Shown here: in pieces, positions 13,540 to 27,440 of the stretch
Numbering within the stretch: the stretch's first letter is position 1
Layout: each line of letters opens with the position of its first letter
Assembly (NCBI RefSeq): GCF_009914755.1
Contig: NC_060926.1
From: the human T2T-CHM13v2.0 reference genome, Homo sapiens
Length of the DNA stretch: 64,000 nucleotides
Direction: 5' to 3' (one strand)
Program-made: the position numbers and the translations under genes
Notes under the pieces: generated by a model
What the model was told of the DNA's origin: nothing
What the model saw: the letters and a program-made list of their open reading frames with translations, nothing else
Databases searched by the model: none

Positions 13540-13950
13540 ATAATAATGATAACTAACGTTTACTAAATGTTTCCTATCTCCTGAGCACAGTGCTGAGTGT
13601 TTTAAATAAATGAACAACTCATTTTATGTAACAAACACATTAGGTTGGCATCATAATTTTCCCTTTTCACTGATGAGGAAACCAGGGCTTAAAGAAGTCA
13701 AGGAATTTACCAAGAGGTAGGTGGAGCTGGAATTTGTACAAAGGCAAATCTAAAGAGCACCGGAATTCTGTAGCTCAAAAGCCTGAAAGTTCACTCCCAG
13801 CTCTATCACTAACATAAAATTTTGTCCTCCGAGTCTTGGTTTCTTTCTGTGGAAAATGAGAATTGAAACTCCTATCCTCCCTCTTCTACATGGCTATTTT
13901 GAACATCAAATATGCTAAGTAAACTCCAAGTTGTTATTAATATGTAAGGT
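13540..13950. mobile_element. Two MIR fragments (minus 13540-13745, plus about 13780-13950)
   Basis: 'cactgatgaggaaaccagggcttaaagaagtcaagga'; 'cccagctctatcacta...tctgtggaaaatgag'. Confidence 0.75.
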
Positions 13951-14010
13951 GTTTTTATAACCAGTCATTCAGAAATGCTTTCCCAGATCTTGGTTACTAT
14001 TATTTAATAT

Positions 14011-14620
14011 TGTGTTATAAGCATTTGCTTGTTTGTTCTCTAGTTTCCATATCCCCTCCTTCAGGTAACAATTTCTCTTTGGAGGAATCTCATTCTACCC
14101 ATTTCCTGCCATAGAGTATGGATGGAACTCTTCTCCCCCTCAGCTTGGGGAACATTTCCTAATTGGCTTCAGTCAGTATTCATGTCTGATTCCACTGACC
14201 TCAGTGATTGGCTCAGAGGGGAGCATGCCATCCAATGAGAACTAACATGATTACACAAGACGTTTGCAGGTTTCTGGAAATGAAGGTGTCTGCCCACTTT
14301 TACAAAAGCTACCAGAAGAGATCTTTCTCTTTCTTTAAGTAGCATAAAATGAAACTTCAAGGTGTGGAGCGTTTTGTTTTCATGAGAAGAGAGCTGGAGC
14401 TGGCAGGCAGCCACCCTGTAGAGCCTAAGGAAAGGACCAGTCAAAGGACAGCAGGACGTAGAGGGGAAAATTGGGACCCAGGCAATATCACCTGAGTCAT
14501 GAATCCAGCATAGCTTGAATGCATATCTTCCACTGGACATTTTGGTTACATGGACCAGTACATTTCTTTGTTGTCTTGGCTAGCTTAAATTAGATTTTAT
14601 GTAACTTTTACAACATAATA
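14011..14620 (+). mobile_element. MaLR LTR (MLT1J/K/L-like)
   Basis: 'gtgattggctcagaggggagcatg', 'gaatccagcatagcttgaa...cactggacattttggttacatg'. Confidence 0.75.
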
Positions 14621-14844
14621 TTGCATAGGCTTTTCAAAATAGTATTTTGTTCTATCAAAAAATAGCAATTATCCTTCAACCCCTGTTTACATTTTCCCAT
14701 TTGAAAGATCCCATTTAAGTAAATATCTAAACAACTCAACGGTAACAATTACCTAAATAGTGATCAAGATCCTTCACAATCTTATGATTCCATGTATAAA
14801 CAATGCATTTCCCATCTTCTTCTACTACATTCAAATCAAAATAG

Positions 14845-14980
14845 TGAAGCTGGAAGGAATCATTTAGCCCGAATCCCTCATTATACAAATAGAGAAGCTA
14901 AGATTCATAGTGAAGTGACTTGCCTGAACTCAGCTAATTATTTCCAAAGCTAGGGCTAGAATCCAGGTATTCTGATCTTT
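14845..14980 (-). mobile_element. MIR3/MIR fragment
   Basis: 'gctggaaggaatcatttagcccgaatccctcattatacaaatagagaagctaag...gtgacttgcc'. Confidence 0.7.
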
Positions 14981-15054
14981 TTTTTCCTTTATATTTCTGG
15001 CTTATTAATTCATAACAAAGAGACTGCTGGATCCTCTTTAAGTTGCCTTCAGAT

Positions 15055-15335
15055 TAGAGCCAATGGCATAAACTTTTGAATCCCTTCGGTATTAAGAAAT
15101 ATCTATCCTTTGAAGATGAATTCAATTTTGGGGAGCAATCAAAAGTCATTTAGAGCCAAGTTCAGTAAAGAAGGTAGGTAATCATACCAAGTAATTCAAG
15201 TATTGGTCCAAAAATGGTGTAACATTGAAGTAATGAGGCTGATTTTTTTTTCCTTGTAGCTTATAAACCAGCTTTTATGTCATTATATTAAAATGGAAAT
15301 TCCTTTGACATTCAAAATTCATTTTGGAGTGATAT
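15055..15335. mobile_element. MARNA (mariner-derived)
   Basis: 'caaaagtcatttagagccaagttcagtaaagaaggtagg', 'ttggtccaaaaatggtgt', 'gtaatgaggctgatttt...cttataaacc'. Confidence 0.75.
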
Positions 15336-15622
15336 TATTCACAATTTGATTCTGTCATGTTTCTTGGATTTTAAGGGAGCCCTATTAATATTACTAGTTA
15401 AGATAACAGCAACAATATGGAATTTTTCTTGCTTAAGTAGATATAACTGAGAAAGAAAGCAAATAATGCAATTTAATTTAACTGTAATTTGTTTGATGCT
15501 TATATACCAAGCACTGAAGCAGACCTTGATATAAAGAAAAGAAATACATGACACTGAATATTTAGTCTTAATTTCCTATTTTAATGATGAGAAGTTGAGA
15601 CTCAGAAAGGTTCAGTAAACTT

Positions 15623-15867
15623 ACTCATAGATGGGAACTGAACAATGAGAACACTTGGACACAGGAAGAGGAACATAACATACTGGGGCCTGTTGTGTGG
15701 TGGGGGAGGGGGGAGGGATAGCATTAGGAGATATACCCAATGTAAATGACGAGTTAATGGGTGCAGCACACCAACATGGCACATGTATACATATGTAACA
15801 AACCTGCACATTGTGCACGTCTACCCTAGAACTTAAAGTATAATAAAAAAAAAAAAAAAAAAAAAAA
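15623..15867 (+). mobile_element. L1PA (L1PA3-5-like) 3' UTR fragment with long poly-A
   Basis: 'gggatagcattaggagatatacc...taccctagaacttaaagtataat' plus A-tail. Confidence 0.97.
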
Positions 15868-17313
15868 GATTCTTGATTCCCAGGCCAGCAATCTTGGTAA
15901 AGAACCAACCTATATTAACATTCCACCCCTGATATAATTAAATTAAAAATAAAAGCAGTCTTTAGCCAACATAAATAGTGGATTGGCCCCCAAAATTAAC
16001 AATGCACACTTACAAGCATGACCCAGAATGTATAAAGTTATAGTTCTATTTAATTTCAGAAAACAAAATAGAAATGTTAATATAGAACGTGGAAGAGGGG
16101 AGAAATGATATTACCTGGAAATCATGAAGATAATGGAAATTAGAAAATCTACAAAAAGGAATATGGAAACTTGAAAAGTTGAGTGGAAGAAAAGATCACT
16201 GTTATTTATTAGTTGGGCAAAGCAATGAAGGAGAAGACTGTATAAACAGGGTACCAAGAAAGCGAGAAAGGTTTTCCAAAAAGCTCTGGGGAAAAAATAG
16301 CCAGTAATTCTGAGCCCTTATTTATGACTTCACATTCACTATGCAATTTAGATATTCATTTGGTTTCATAATAGGTTTCCACTATAAAATCTCTGAGGGT
16401 GGTCTTCCAGGCACCAGTTGTACAATGATAACTCCTCCTATTGTAAAACTTTTCTGGATCCTGCCAGAGACCCAGTGCCTTAGGCTTGTGAGACTGGTTT
16501 CCTAGGGAGCAGCCCTGCTGTAGATTGAGGAATTGGCATCCTATCCTGGCATAAGCATACCTGTGGGGTTGATATTCATGTTCAGTTGAATAGTAGACCT
16601 GGGTGTCCAGACCTAGGGACAGAAGTGAGCTTTGTTAAAGTGCTTTTAACAAAGCAGGGCATGTTAAATTCTCCCAAATCATTGTGGACAAAACTATCTT
16701 AAGCTAAAATTGTAATCTTAGTGTACAATGACAAGCTTAGGTTGCTTCTCTTGGCGTTGGACATTTTACAAGAAAGGTAGAAATGAGTACTCCAGAAAAG
16801 AGAAGGAAAGGGTGGCTTCCACGTATATGGAATATGGAAATGTACACGGTAGGTGATATTAACAAACACACCCCTATGATACATCAAGGATGACCAATGT
16901 TTGATGGTCAGAGAGCTGTGTATTCCCCCTTACTTTTCTTTTTACCTTCCTCCCAGTATATGTAAGAAAACTCACAAATGTGCAGTGACCGGAAAAACCA
17001 CATGAACTATTAAATAAGCCAGACCCTTCATGCATATCTTATGGGAGGAAGCGATGAGATTAAAGATATGCAAGATTGATATTCAGTAGTTGTGCACAAG
17101 TGTGGATCTACTGAGACAAAGAGGTGATTAGCTATTTTAACACTACCCCTGGGTATGTGCATACTGTGAACAGTTCCCTAAAGTGATTCTGATATGCTCC
17201 TTTACCTTAGGAGAGACTCCTAGAAGACAGGACTCTGACTTAGTACAGAAATAAAATAGTCAATAGGTAGTGTGGCACCTATTGTTGCAGCATGATATTT
17301 AAAGTCAGCCATG

Positions 17314-17580
17314 TTGGGAGGCAGGAGGATCACTTGAGGCCAGGAGTTGGAGAGCAGCCTGGCCAACATGGTAAAACCCCGTCTCTACTAAAAATACAAA
17401 AATTAGCCAGGCTTGGTGGTGGGCACCTGTAATCTCAGCTACTCAGGAGGCCAAGGCAGGAGAATCACTTGAACCTGGGAGGTGGAGGTTGCAGTGAGCC
17501 AAGACTGGGCCACTGTACTCCAAACTGGGTGACAAACCGAGACTCCGTCTTAAAAAAAAAAAAAAAAAAAGAAAAGAAAA
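17314..17580 (+). mobile_element. AluS (Sz/Sx-like), 5' truncated
   Basis: Dimeric Alu with 'ctactaaaaatacaaaaattagcc' linker and A-tail. Confidence 0.95.
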
Positions 17581-17609
17581 GTTAAATTCAGGTACGTTGG
17601 TTTTAAAAT

Positions 17610-17765
17610 ATAAACTAGACACTATGAATTTGGGGTAATAATCACTGTGAAACTCAGTTTTCTCATCTGTCAAATGGTTATAATAATTCATATAACAGAG
17701 GATTTTGTGACTATTAAATGAGACTGTACGTAAAAGGACCAAAATACGACTATTTAATAAATGTT
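17610..17765 (+). mobile_element. MIR
   Basis: 'ctcagttttctcatctgtcaaatgg...attaaatgag'. Confidence 0.75.
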
Positions 17766-17785
17766 AAAGAAAAAAAATTATTCTT

Positions 17786-18129
<344 letters not shown>

Positions 18130-18888
18130 TCAATAGGAATTTTTGGAGGTGTAGATACCAGAGTTGGGATAAAATTGAGTTCTCATCGTAAGAATACAAT
18201 TTTCCCATTTACACATTTAACTATCAATATCTAAAAATTCCATCAGACAGGTTTTGTTTCTCATGTGTACCATGCTTAGAATAACAAAGCTTAAAATGTC
18301 TCAATTACTTCCTTTATTTAAGTGTGAGAAACGGGGGAGTAGGAATGCAGGGTGGAGTTATGTAAAGTCATCTTCCACTGACTCAATTAAAAGTATCCTT
18401 GCATAACAACAACAGCAAGTTTATAACACTTTGCAGGTACATGAGCATCTTTTGTGTCAAAGTCTACCTCTGAGGTATCTGTAAAGTCTTCCTCCTGCTT
18501 TTAGCGATAGTCTAGAACAAGGATTGAAATCAAATAATACCATTAGTTTAATTCATATACTTAAAATGTACTAATTATATTATTTTGTTCAGATAAACAA
18601 ACCTTCCTCTCTAAGAAAAATGGTTACGGGATTTTCAGACACATGGGAGTAAATTTAACCTCAGTTGTCTTTTAAAATGTAATCTGAGAAAACAATATAA
18701 CACAACTTTTATTTACCTTTAAACGTAATTTTCTTAGTTTCTCTGCCACCATAAAAGATTTTCAATACCAATCTCTATCTTATACAATGTGTGTCTAAGA
18801 AAAGAAAAACTGATAATTACCAATTCTGTTTTATGAGGTTATACCATAAAGCCAAATGGGACAAGAAGAATATGTTAACATAACTTTG

Positions 18889-19170
18889 GGCCAGTGCAGT
18901 AGCTCATGCCTGTAATCCCAGCACTTTAGGGGGCCGAGGCTGGAGGATCGCCTGAGCCCAGAAATTCAAGACCAGCCTGAGCAACATAGGGAAACCCTGT
19001 CTCTCCAAAAAATACAAAAATTAGGTAGGTGTGGTGGGGCATGCCTGTAGCCTCAGCTACTCCAAAGGCTGAGGTGGGAGGATTGCTTGAGGCTGGGAGG
19101 TTGAGACTACATGAGCCATGAACATGCCACTGCTCTCCAGCCTGGGCAACAGAGCAAGACCCTGTCTCAA
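18889..19170 (+). mobile_element. AluJ
   Basis: 'ggaggatcgcctgagccc', 'gaggtgggaggattgcttgag', 'gaccctgtctc'; followed by a T-run instead of an A-tail. Confidence 0.95.
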
Positions 19171-19236
19171 TTTTTTTTTTTTAAATCTATAAACACATTT
19201 ATTTTTTAAAAATCCACAAACATACCTTTGGAGGTT

Positions 19237-19935
<699 letters not shown>

Positions 19936-19945
19936 AGAAAATGTA

Positions 19946-20329
<384 letters not shown>

Positions 20330-21769
20330 TTATGAACATGCAAAAACTCTCAATATAATATGTGTAATTAATCTAGCAATATATTTTAAAACATCATAAT
20401 CAAGTCACTTGATTAAGGAGTGCTACAGTTATTCCACATCAAAAAACCAGTAAATTTAATTTAAAAACAGTAACAGTAAAAAATCTATACATGCAGAAAA
20501 GTCATTTGATAAAATTCCTGACAAACTAAGAATAAAAAGGAATGTTCTTAACCCAATGAAGAGCACCAGCTAAGCCTAGAACAAGCATAATAAATTATTA
20601 ATGATGTAATTTTCAAAGATTTCCCATTCAATCTGGAATGTTATAAAGATGTCCTCTATTTCCCATTTATTCAGCATTATAAAACAGACTCTAATCACTT
20701 TTTTAAGAAAATAAATAAGCATATGATTTTAAAAGGAAGAAGTGTTATAATTTACAGATGTCTTACATTTTTTACAGAAAAACCTAGAGATTCTACAGAT
20801 AAACCATTAAAACGGGTTAGAAAGTTCAGCGCATTTACATAATATAGATAAAGATAAAAATTTAATAGCTCTCTTATACACTAGCAATAACTGACTGAAA
20901 AACAGAACTGTCAAAAGAGAAATTCATAATAGCCATGAAAATGTAAAATATCTAGAAGTTAGTTATCAAAATTATACAAGTATTTTAGGCAGAGAATTTT
21001 AAAAGTTGCCGTAAAATGAGACCTCAGTAAATGTTTGTGTATTCCATTTTCATGGAAGGAAAAATTCAATAAGTTGTCAATTCCCCACCAAAAACAATGC
21101 AACTCAAAAAAAACATAATGAATATGATTCTTCATCAGATTAACAAAGAGATTCTAAAATTTACATGAAGATAGACATGAACAAGAACACACAAGACTAT
21201 TTAGAAGAAGATGGGGAAAACTTGTCCTATAAGATACCAATGCTTACTATGCTTTAGTAATTAAAACTACACAGTACTGGCACAGCGATAGTCAAATATG
21301 TAAGTGGGACAAAATAGATGGTCCCCAAATAAGTAGTAAATGCTATTATATATAATAGGGAAGAAATTACTAAATTGGGAAAATGAAATGGACTAGTCAA
21401 TAAATGTTGTTAGGACAACTGGCTTTCCATATGGAAGGAAATATAATTATATACCGACTTCACACCATGCATGAAATTAAACTCCAGATGGATTAAAAAA
21501 CAAACAATGAAAAAGAAGAATTTAAGTTATTAAAAGAAACTGCAGAATAATATACAAAATTTTTACAGCTTGAGCATACTGGATTTCCCTAGCTCACTTC
21601 ACTTAGGTATCTGCTGAAATGCCCAACTCCTTGGTCAAGTTTTCATGAAGAATTTATCTGTGGCTATGCACCCCTGTCATCTGATTTCATCTCATTGTAT
21701 TCTATAAATTATATTTAAATGCTTATGCAGTGCTTACTATGTGCTAGGCAGTTTATATACTATATATAC

Positions 21770-21772
<3 letters not shown>

Positions 21773-21819
<47 letters not shown>

Positions 21820-21830
21820 CATATACATAT
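21773..21830. repeat. (TG)n(TA)n compound microsatellite
   Basis: Directly visible. Confidence 0.97.
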
Positions 21831-21879
21831 AGTCATTTAATTCTTCCAAATTATTGAAAACATTTCATATCTAGTCAAG

Positions 21880-22244
21880 TGTGTTAGTCTGTTCTTATGC
21901 TGCTAATAAAGACATATCCAAAACTGGGTAATTTATAAAGAAAAAGAGGTTTAATTGACTCACAATTCCATGTAGCTGAGGAGGTATCATAATCATGATG
22001 GAAGGCAAGGAGGAGCAAGGCACATCTTACATGGTGGCTGGCAAGAAAGAGCATGTGCAGGGGAACTCCCCTTTATAAAACCATCAGATCTCCTGAGACT
22101 TATTCACTATCACAAGAACAGCTTGGGAAAGACCTGCCTCCGTGGTTCAATTACCTCCCACCAAATCCTTCCCACAATAAATGGGAATTATAGGAGCTAC
22201 AATTCAAGATGAGATTTGGGTAGGAACACAGCCAAACAATATCA
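21880..22244 (-). mobile_element. THE1B/C solo LTR (MaLR)
   Basis: 'tgtgttagtctgttcttatgctgctaataaagacat' to 'gagatttgggtaggaacacagccaaacaatatca'. Confidence 0.95.
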
Positions 22245-22450
22245 TTGACATTATTAAGATTTCTACTTTATAAGTGAGGAAACTGAGGCACAGAGCAGAT
22301 AATGAGTAACTGCCCTCAGCTATTAAGTGGCAGAGCCAGGATGCAAACCCAGGCGATCCAGCTGCAAATGCTGTGCCCTTAATTTTGTTGCTATGTTGTC
22401 CTTTCTGTTTTATTTTTTCTCTATAGTAGTTATCAATACCTGAGATTAAG

Positions 22451-22520
22451 TTTGCAATGAGTATGGTTATCTGTATCTTGCCTAAATTTGCAATGAGTAT
22501 GGTTATCTGCATCTTGCCTA
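22451..22520. repeat. 36-bp-period tandem duplication
   Basis: tttgcaatgagtatggttatctg(t/c)atcttgccta at 22451-22484 and 22487-22520. Confidence 0.95.
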
Positions 22521-23389
22521 TCTTTCCCATTACGTTTTAACCACTATAATCTTAAGTGCCTGGAAGAATGCCTGTAGCATAACAGATGTTCAAAAACTAT
22601 TTTTGAATGAATCGTGTAAAAAAAGAGAAAGAGATTTCTTAAAGAAATTATCAAAACTAGAAACCATACAGTAAAATGTGATAAACTTGACTCCATCAAA
22701 ATATAAAATTTCATTATTAGAAACTATAGCATGAATAAAGTTAAAAAGTAAGCAACAAAATGAAAGAAGGTATTTGCAATGCAGGTGATTAGAAATCAGG
22801 AAATATATGAAGCGTTTCTACAAATCAATAAGAAAAAAACCGTTTAATAGAAGAATGGAAGAAAACAAACTATGAATACACAACTCACAGGAGAGGTGGA
22901 AAAGAGTCAATAAACATGAAAATTTGCTTGACCTCTCTAGTAATTAGGGAATTGAAAATAAAAACAGTAACCAGATAATATTCCCCACATTAGAACACTA
23001 AAAAAACTTAAATAACTGAGAATATCAAATTAGAATGTGGAGACGGGGGAAGTTGCAAAACTGCTGATGGAAGTACAATTGCTTCAAACATGTTAAAGAA
23101 TAATTTAGGAATATCTAGTAAAGTTGAAGATGTGTATACCTTATGACCCAAAATTTCTATTTCTTGGTGCATACTCACCAATACAAATACAGAAAGACAT
23201 AGGTGTAACTGAAATTTACTGTACATTTTTTGTATAGTTAAAAATTTTAGAAAAAGAAAACTAAAGGTCTCTCAGTAGATGAACAAATAAATAAGAATAT
23301 GGACAGTCCATAGGAATACTGTACAACAGTTAAAATGAAAAAGTAAGCACATGGATGAGTATGTGCCTAACGAACTGATCCATAAATGA

Positions 23390-25075
23390 CAGCCATCAGC
23401 TCAAGATAAAATACAAAGACAACTACTGGAGGACTCTGGAGATTTATCGAAAGCGAGGAGACTTAAGAGGAGTCAAAACTTGAAGAAGATGATGAGCATA
23501 AAATGAGGCCCCTGTGTTTTGGAGGCTGTGTCCTGAAAGCAGTCAGTCATGGTGGCAACTGCCGTGGTGTGGGCAGCTAAATTTCTGGATGAAGCAAGCA
23601 TGAAAGGAGCTGCCAGAGAGCAAGAAGGACCCCAGCAATGAAAGAGCAACAGAAGAGGAACCCCTGACCATGCATAAACTCATCCTACTTCTGGCTGATC
23701 CCTGAACCAAGCAGGCACCGGACAAACTGAACATACTAGGAACCAAGGTTTATACACTGTTGGTGGAAGTGTAAATTCAGCCATTGTGGAAAGCTGTGTG
23801 GTGATTCCTCAAAGAACAAAGATAGAATTACCATTCAACCTAGCAATCCTATTATTGGGTATATACCCCAAGGAATATAAATTGTCCCATCATAAAAACA
23901 CATGCACATGTATGTTCATTGCAGCACTATTCACAATAGCAAAAACATGGAATCCACCTGTTTCCAGGTTGATGGACTCAACCATGCCCATCAATAGTAG
24001 ACTGGATAAAGAAAATGCAATACATATACACCATGGAATAGTATGCAGTCATTAAAAAGAACAAGATCATGTCCTTTGCAGCAACATGGATGGAGATGGT
24101 GAACATTATCTTAAGCAAACTAACACAGGAACAAAAAACCAAATACCTCATGTTTTCACTTATACGTGAGAGCTGAATAATGAAAACACATAGACACTAT
24201 GAGGGAAACAACAGATACTAGGGCCTACTTGAGGGTGGAGGACAGGAGAGAGAGGATCAGAAAAAAATATCTATTGGGTACTATGCGTAGAACCCAGGTG
24301 ATGAAATTATCGTACACCAAACCACCGTGATACAAGTTTACCTATATAAAAAACCTGCACATGTACCCCTGATCCTAAAATAAAAGTTAAAAGAAAAATG
24401 AGAGAAAAAATCCTTAACTGAGCTGAGGCATGATATCTGAAAATGTGTGTCTACCCAAATTTATTCTCTCCTAAAAAGAGACACCAATACTTTGGGTAGA
24501 ACAATGTAATTGAATTGAGTTAACACAACACATTTTCAAGGTCCTGGATAATATCCCAAAATAAGATTTTTAAAAAGCCAAGAAAATGTGAACTATTCTC
24601 AAGGAAAAAGATAAGTAATAGATGCCAACACCAAGATGATCCAGATTCTGAAACTATCAGACAAAGTCTTTAATGCAATACCTATAATGATGGTCAGTAA
24701 GGTAAAGACAAATAAACTTAAAATGAACAAAAATACAGTAAAATTTCAGCAAAGAAATAGAACATATGAAAAAGTCCTAAAATAGATCCAGTGTTAATCG
24801 TATTAACTTTATTACATATAAAATACAACTTTTTAATATATTTTAATAATATTTACTAAATGGTCCTATAGAAAAATGATTAATCTATTAATCAACTTGA
24901 AATAGATTAATGAAAAGCATGCAACTTGAATACAGAAGAAAAAAAGAAAAATAATAAAGGGTTTCAGAGAATCGTGAAACAAATTCAGAAAGCTTAATAT
25001 GCAGGTAAACAGAGTCACAGTAGGAGAAGAGACAATGATACAGAGAAAATAACTTGGGAAATTTTTTAAAAATTA
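23390..25075 (+). mobile_element. L1ME-type 5' UTR/ORF1 fragment, interrupted by L1PA
   Basis: 'caagaaaatgtgaactattctcaaggaaaaagataagtaatagatgccaacaccaagatgatccagattctgaaactatcagacaaag' is typical of an old L1 ORF1 start. Confidence 0.7.
23750..24395 (+). mobile_element. L1PA15/16-like 3' fragment
   Basis: 'tatacactgttggtggaagtgtaaatt' to 'gtacccctgatcctaaaataaaagtt'. Confidence 0.92.
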
Positions 25076-25079
25076 AAGG

Positions 25080-26170
25080 TATATCTACCATATGATCCTT
25101 GGCATTTTCTCAAGAGAAAATGAAAACATGTCAACACAATGACATGTGCATGAATGTTCATAACAGCTAAGTTCAAGGTGGTCAAAAACTGCAAACAGCC
25201 CAGTGTCCATTAACAGGTGAGTGGATACACAAAATGCGGTCATCCATGCATTGGAATACCACTCCTCAATAAAAAGGGAAAACATACTGAAACATACAAT
25301 ATCAATGAATCTCATAATCAGTTTGATTAAGGGAGGAAGGTAGACACAAGGAAATGCATATAATATGATATAATATATATAGAATTCAAACTAATATATA
25401 GTGACCAACAGCAATTCAGTAGTTGCCTTGAGTGAGGGGCAAAAGGGAAAGGAATGAGGAATGTTTTGGATGTGATGGAATGTTTTATAATTTGATTTTG
25501 CTGGTGGATTTATGAATGTGTACAACGTATTCAATTGTACACTTTAAATAGAGATCATTTGCATACGTTAGTGCTAAATAAAATTGGTAGGAAAAATAAA
25601 ATGGATGTATGAGATATACATATGTGAATATATTCAGTAAATATAGAATCTAGTTCTTAATATTAAATAAAAAGCTACTTATAGAAGTTGATCCATAGCT
25701 ACAGTATGATACCACTTGTATACAGTTGTAAGGTGCACAAAAATACCATGACATATATATCATATATTTTATATATAATAATACATAGTATATGTCATAT
25801 ATTATATGTAACTATGTGTTATATATGGGTTACGGATAAATTTTTATTTGTTCAGCAAATATGTGAGAACCTATTCTACTAAGGTTACCAAAGATAAAGC
25901 AGTGGTCAAAATCTCTGCCCTCCAGAAGCTTCTGTGCTAGTACATTGAAAGTTTACATAATAAACTTAATGATAGTGGCTGTTTCTGTGGAGGGAGGGAA
26001 GAAAGGAGAGAGAGCTAAGACTGGGAAAAGCTACATAAGGGATGTGAACTTTAAAATAATAATTCTTATTCTGAAGCATTTTCAAAAAGGTCAATATTTG
26101 TGCATTTCAAGTGGTGAAAACATGAGTATGTTATATTTGGTCCTTTGCAATGTTCTATATTTGTTTTAAC
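25080..26170 (+). mobile_element. L1ME/L1MD 3' end fragments
   Basis: 'ctaccatatgatcc...agagaaaatgaaaacatg...gaatgttcataacagc', 'aattgtacactttaaa'. Confidence 0.75.
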
Positions 26171-26462
26171 ATACAGTCAAATGTGATGAAAATGTGGTAA
26201 ATCTAACAACCTGAGGAATTAAATTATGGATCTAGATTTAGCATTGATTGACAGATAAATAAAACTAAATACACACCTTCATTCAAGCTTCATTATTTCC
26301 TTGACTTTTATAGAGAAGGAAAAGCTACATAATCTGAGAAATAGTAGAGAAAATGTGTCTTCTGTTATTTGAAAAGGGCATAAATGTGGGTGAGGGGAAT
26401 TTTTGAAGAACAGATGCCAAAATATTAAGAAGTTATTTCTGTCTATTGCAATTCAGGGAATT

Positions 26463-26776
26463 TTCTTAGTTTGTTTTTGCTACTATAAGGAAATATACCT
26501 GAGACTGGGTGATTTAGAATAAACAGATATTTATTGTCTCCCAGTTCTGGTGACTGGGAAGTTCAAGATCAAAAGGCCAGTCTCTGGCAAGGGCCTCCTT
26601 GTTGCATCATCTCATGGCAGAAGGCAGAAAGTCAAGAGAGGGCAAGAGAGAGGCTGAACTTGACCTTTTATAACAGGACTTATCACCTCTTAAAGGTCCC
26701 ACCTCTTAGTACTGTTACCATGGCAATTAAATTTCAACAAATGTTTTAGAAAAGACAAACATTTAAATCTGAGCAG
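26463..26776 (-). mobile_element. MST (MSTC/D-like) MaLR LTR
   Basis: 'tacctgagactgggtgattta', 'cacctcttaaaggtcccacctcttagtactgttaccatggcaattaaatttcaac'. Confidence 0.85.
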
Positions 26777-27059
26777 GGATTCTAATTTTCTTTTTTATTA
26801 ATTTGTTTCTGTGTATTTTCTAATTCTTTAAGTTGTGTGAACATCTATTTCTTAAAAGAAAAAAATGTTTATAGTACTAATAATATTAGTTTAAGAATAT
26901 TGTGATTAGCTACTACCTGAAGAGTCTTATTATATTTATATATTGTGTGTAAATAATCATAGCCATCTAATTACTATAAAAACACAAAAGCTGGCATCAA
27001 ACAATAGAAGGCAAATAAATAATCATTGTAGATCCAAAATATATACAAGTGTGAGAAAT

Positions 27060-27440
27060 TTTTATTATACATATGTATACATATATAGACCATTTTTGTA
27101 CCTATGTTCTTCAGATATTTACACTAAATAACTGGCTAGAGAATCTTTGGTTCAAAGAGTTGCCAAATCTTTACTATTTACACATTTCCAAAATGGGCAT
27201 CATTATGCACAAATCATTTTGCTTTGTTTGTATTATCTAGTTTAGATTTTTCAAGGAGAATCACTAGGTTAAAAGATACAACTTTTTTTAAATGTATCTA
27301 TCTATTTGGACATTTTCTTTATTGCCAAATTCTCTTTCCAGACTAAGGTACCAATTTACACTGTTATGAGTAGTGTATGAAGCTGCCCAGTTATATGCCT
27401 TGGATAACTGAGCATATTTTCAAGCTTTTTTTACTTTGAT
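27060..27440 (-). mobile_element. L1ME fragment
   Basis: 'tattgccaaattctctttccaga...gtaccaatttacact...agtagtgtatgaag'. Confidence 0.5.

Larger units (their letters stand above)
21575..22612 (+). mobile_element. L2 3' end split by an antisense MIR (about 21715-22385)
   Basis: 'cacttcacttaggtatctgctgaaatg' ... 'gtgcctggaagaatgcctgtagcataacagatgttcaaaaactatttttgaatgaat'; MIR 'gaggaaactgaggcacagag'. Confidence 0.7.
20330..23360 (+). mobile_element. Ancient L1 (L1M5/L1ME) ORF2-3' region, fragmented by nested L2/MIR/THE1
   Basis: 'atgcagaaaagtcatttgataaaattc', 'ttctaaaatttacatgaa', 'caataaatgttgttaggacaactgg', 'aaattaactccagatggattaaa'; collinear resumption at about 22620. Confidence 0.8.

Noticed and set aside
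22204-22530. ORF with repeated peptide GKxQITILIANL
   Set aside because: By-product of a 36-bp tandem duplication within L2/MIR/THE1 sequence.
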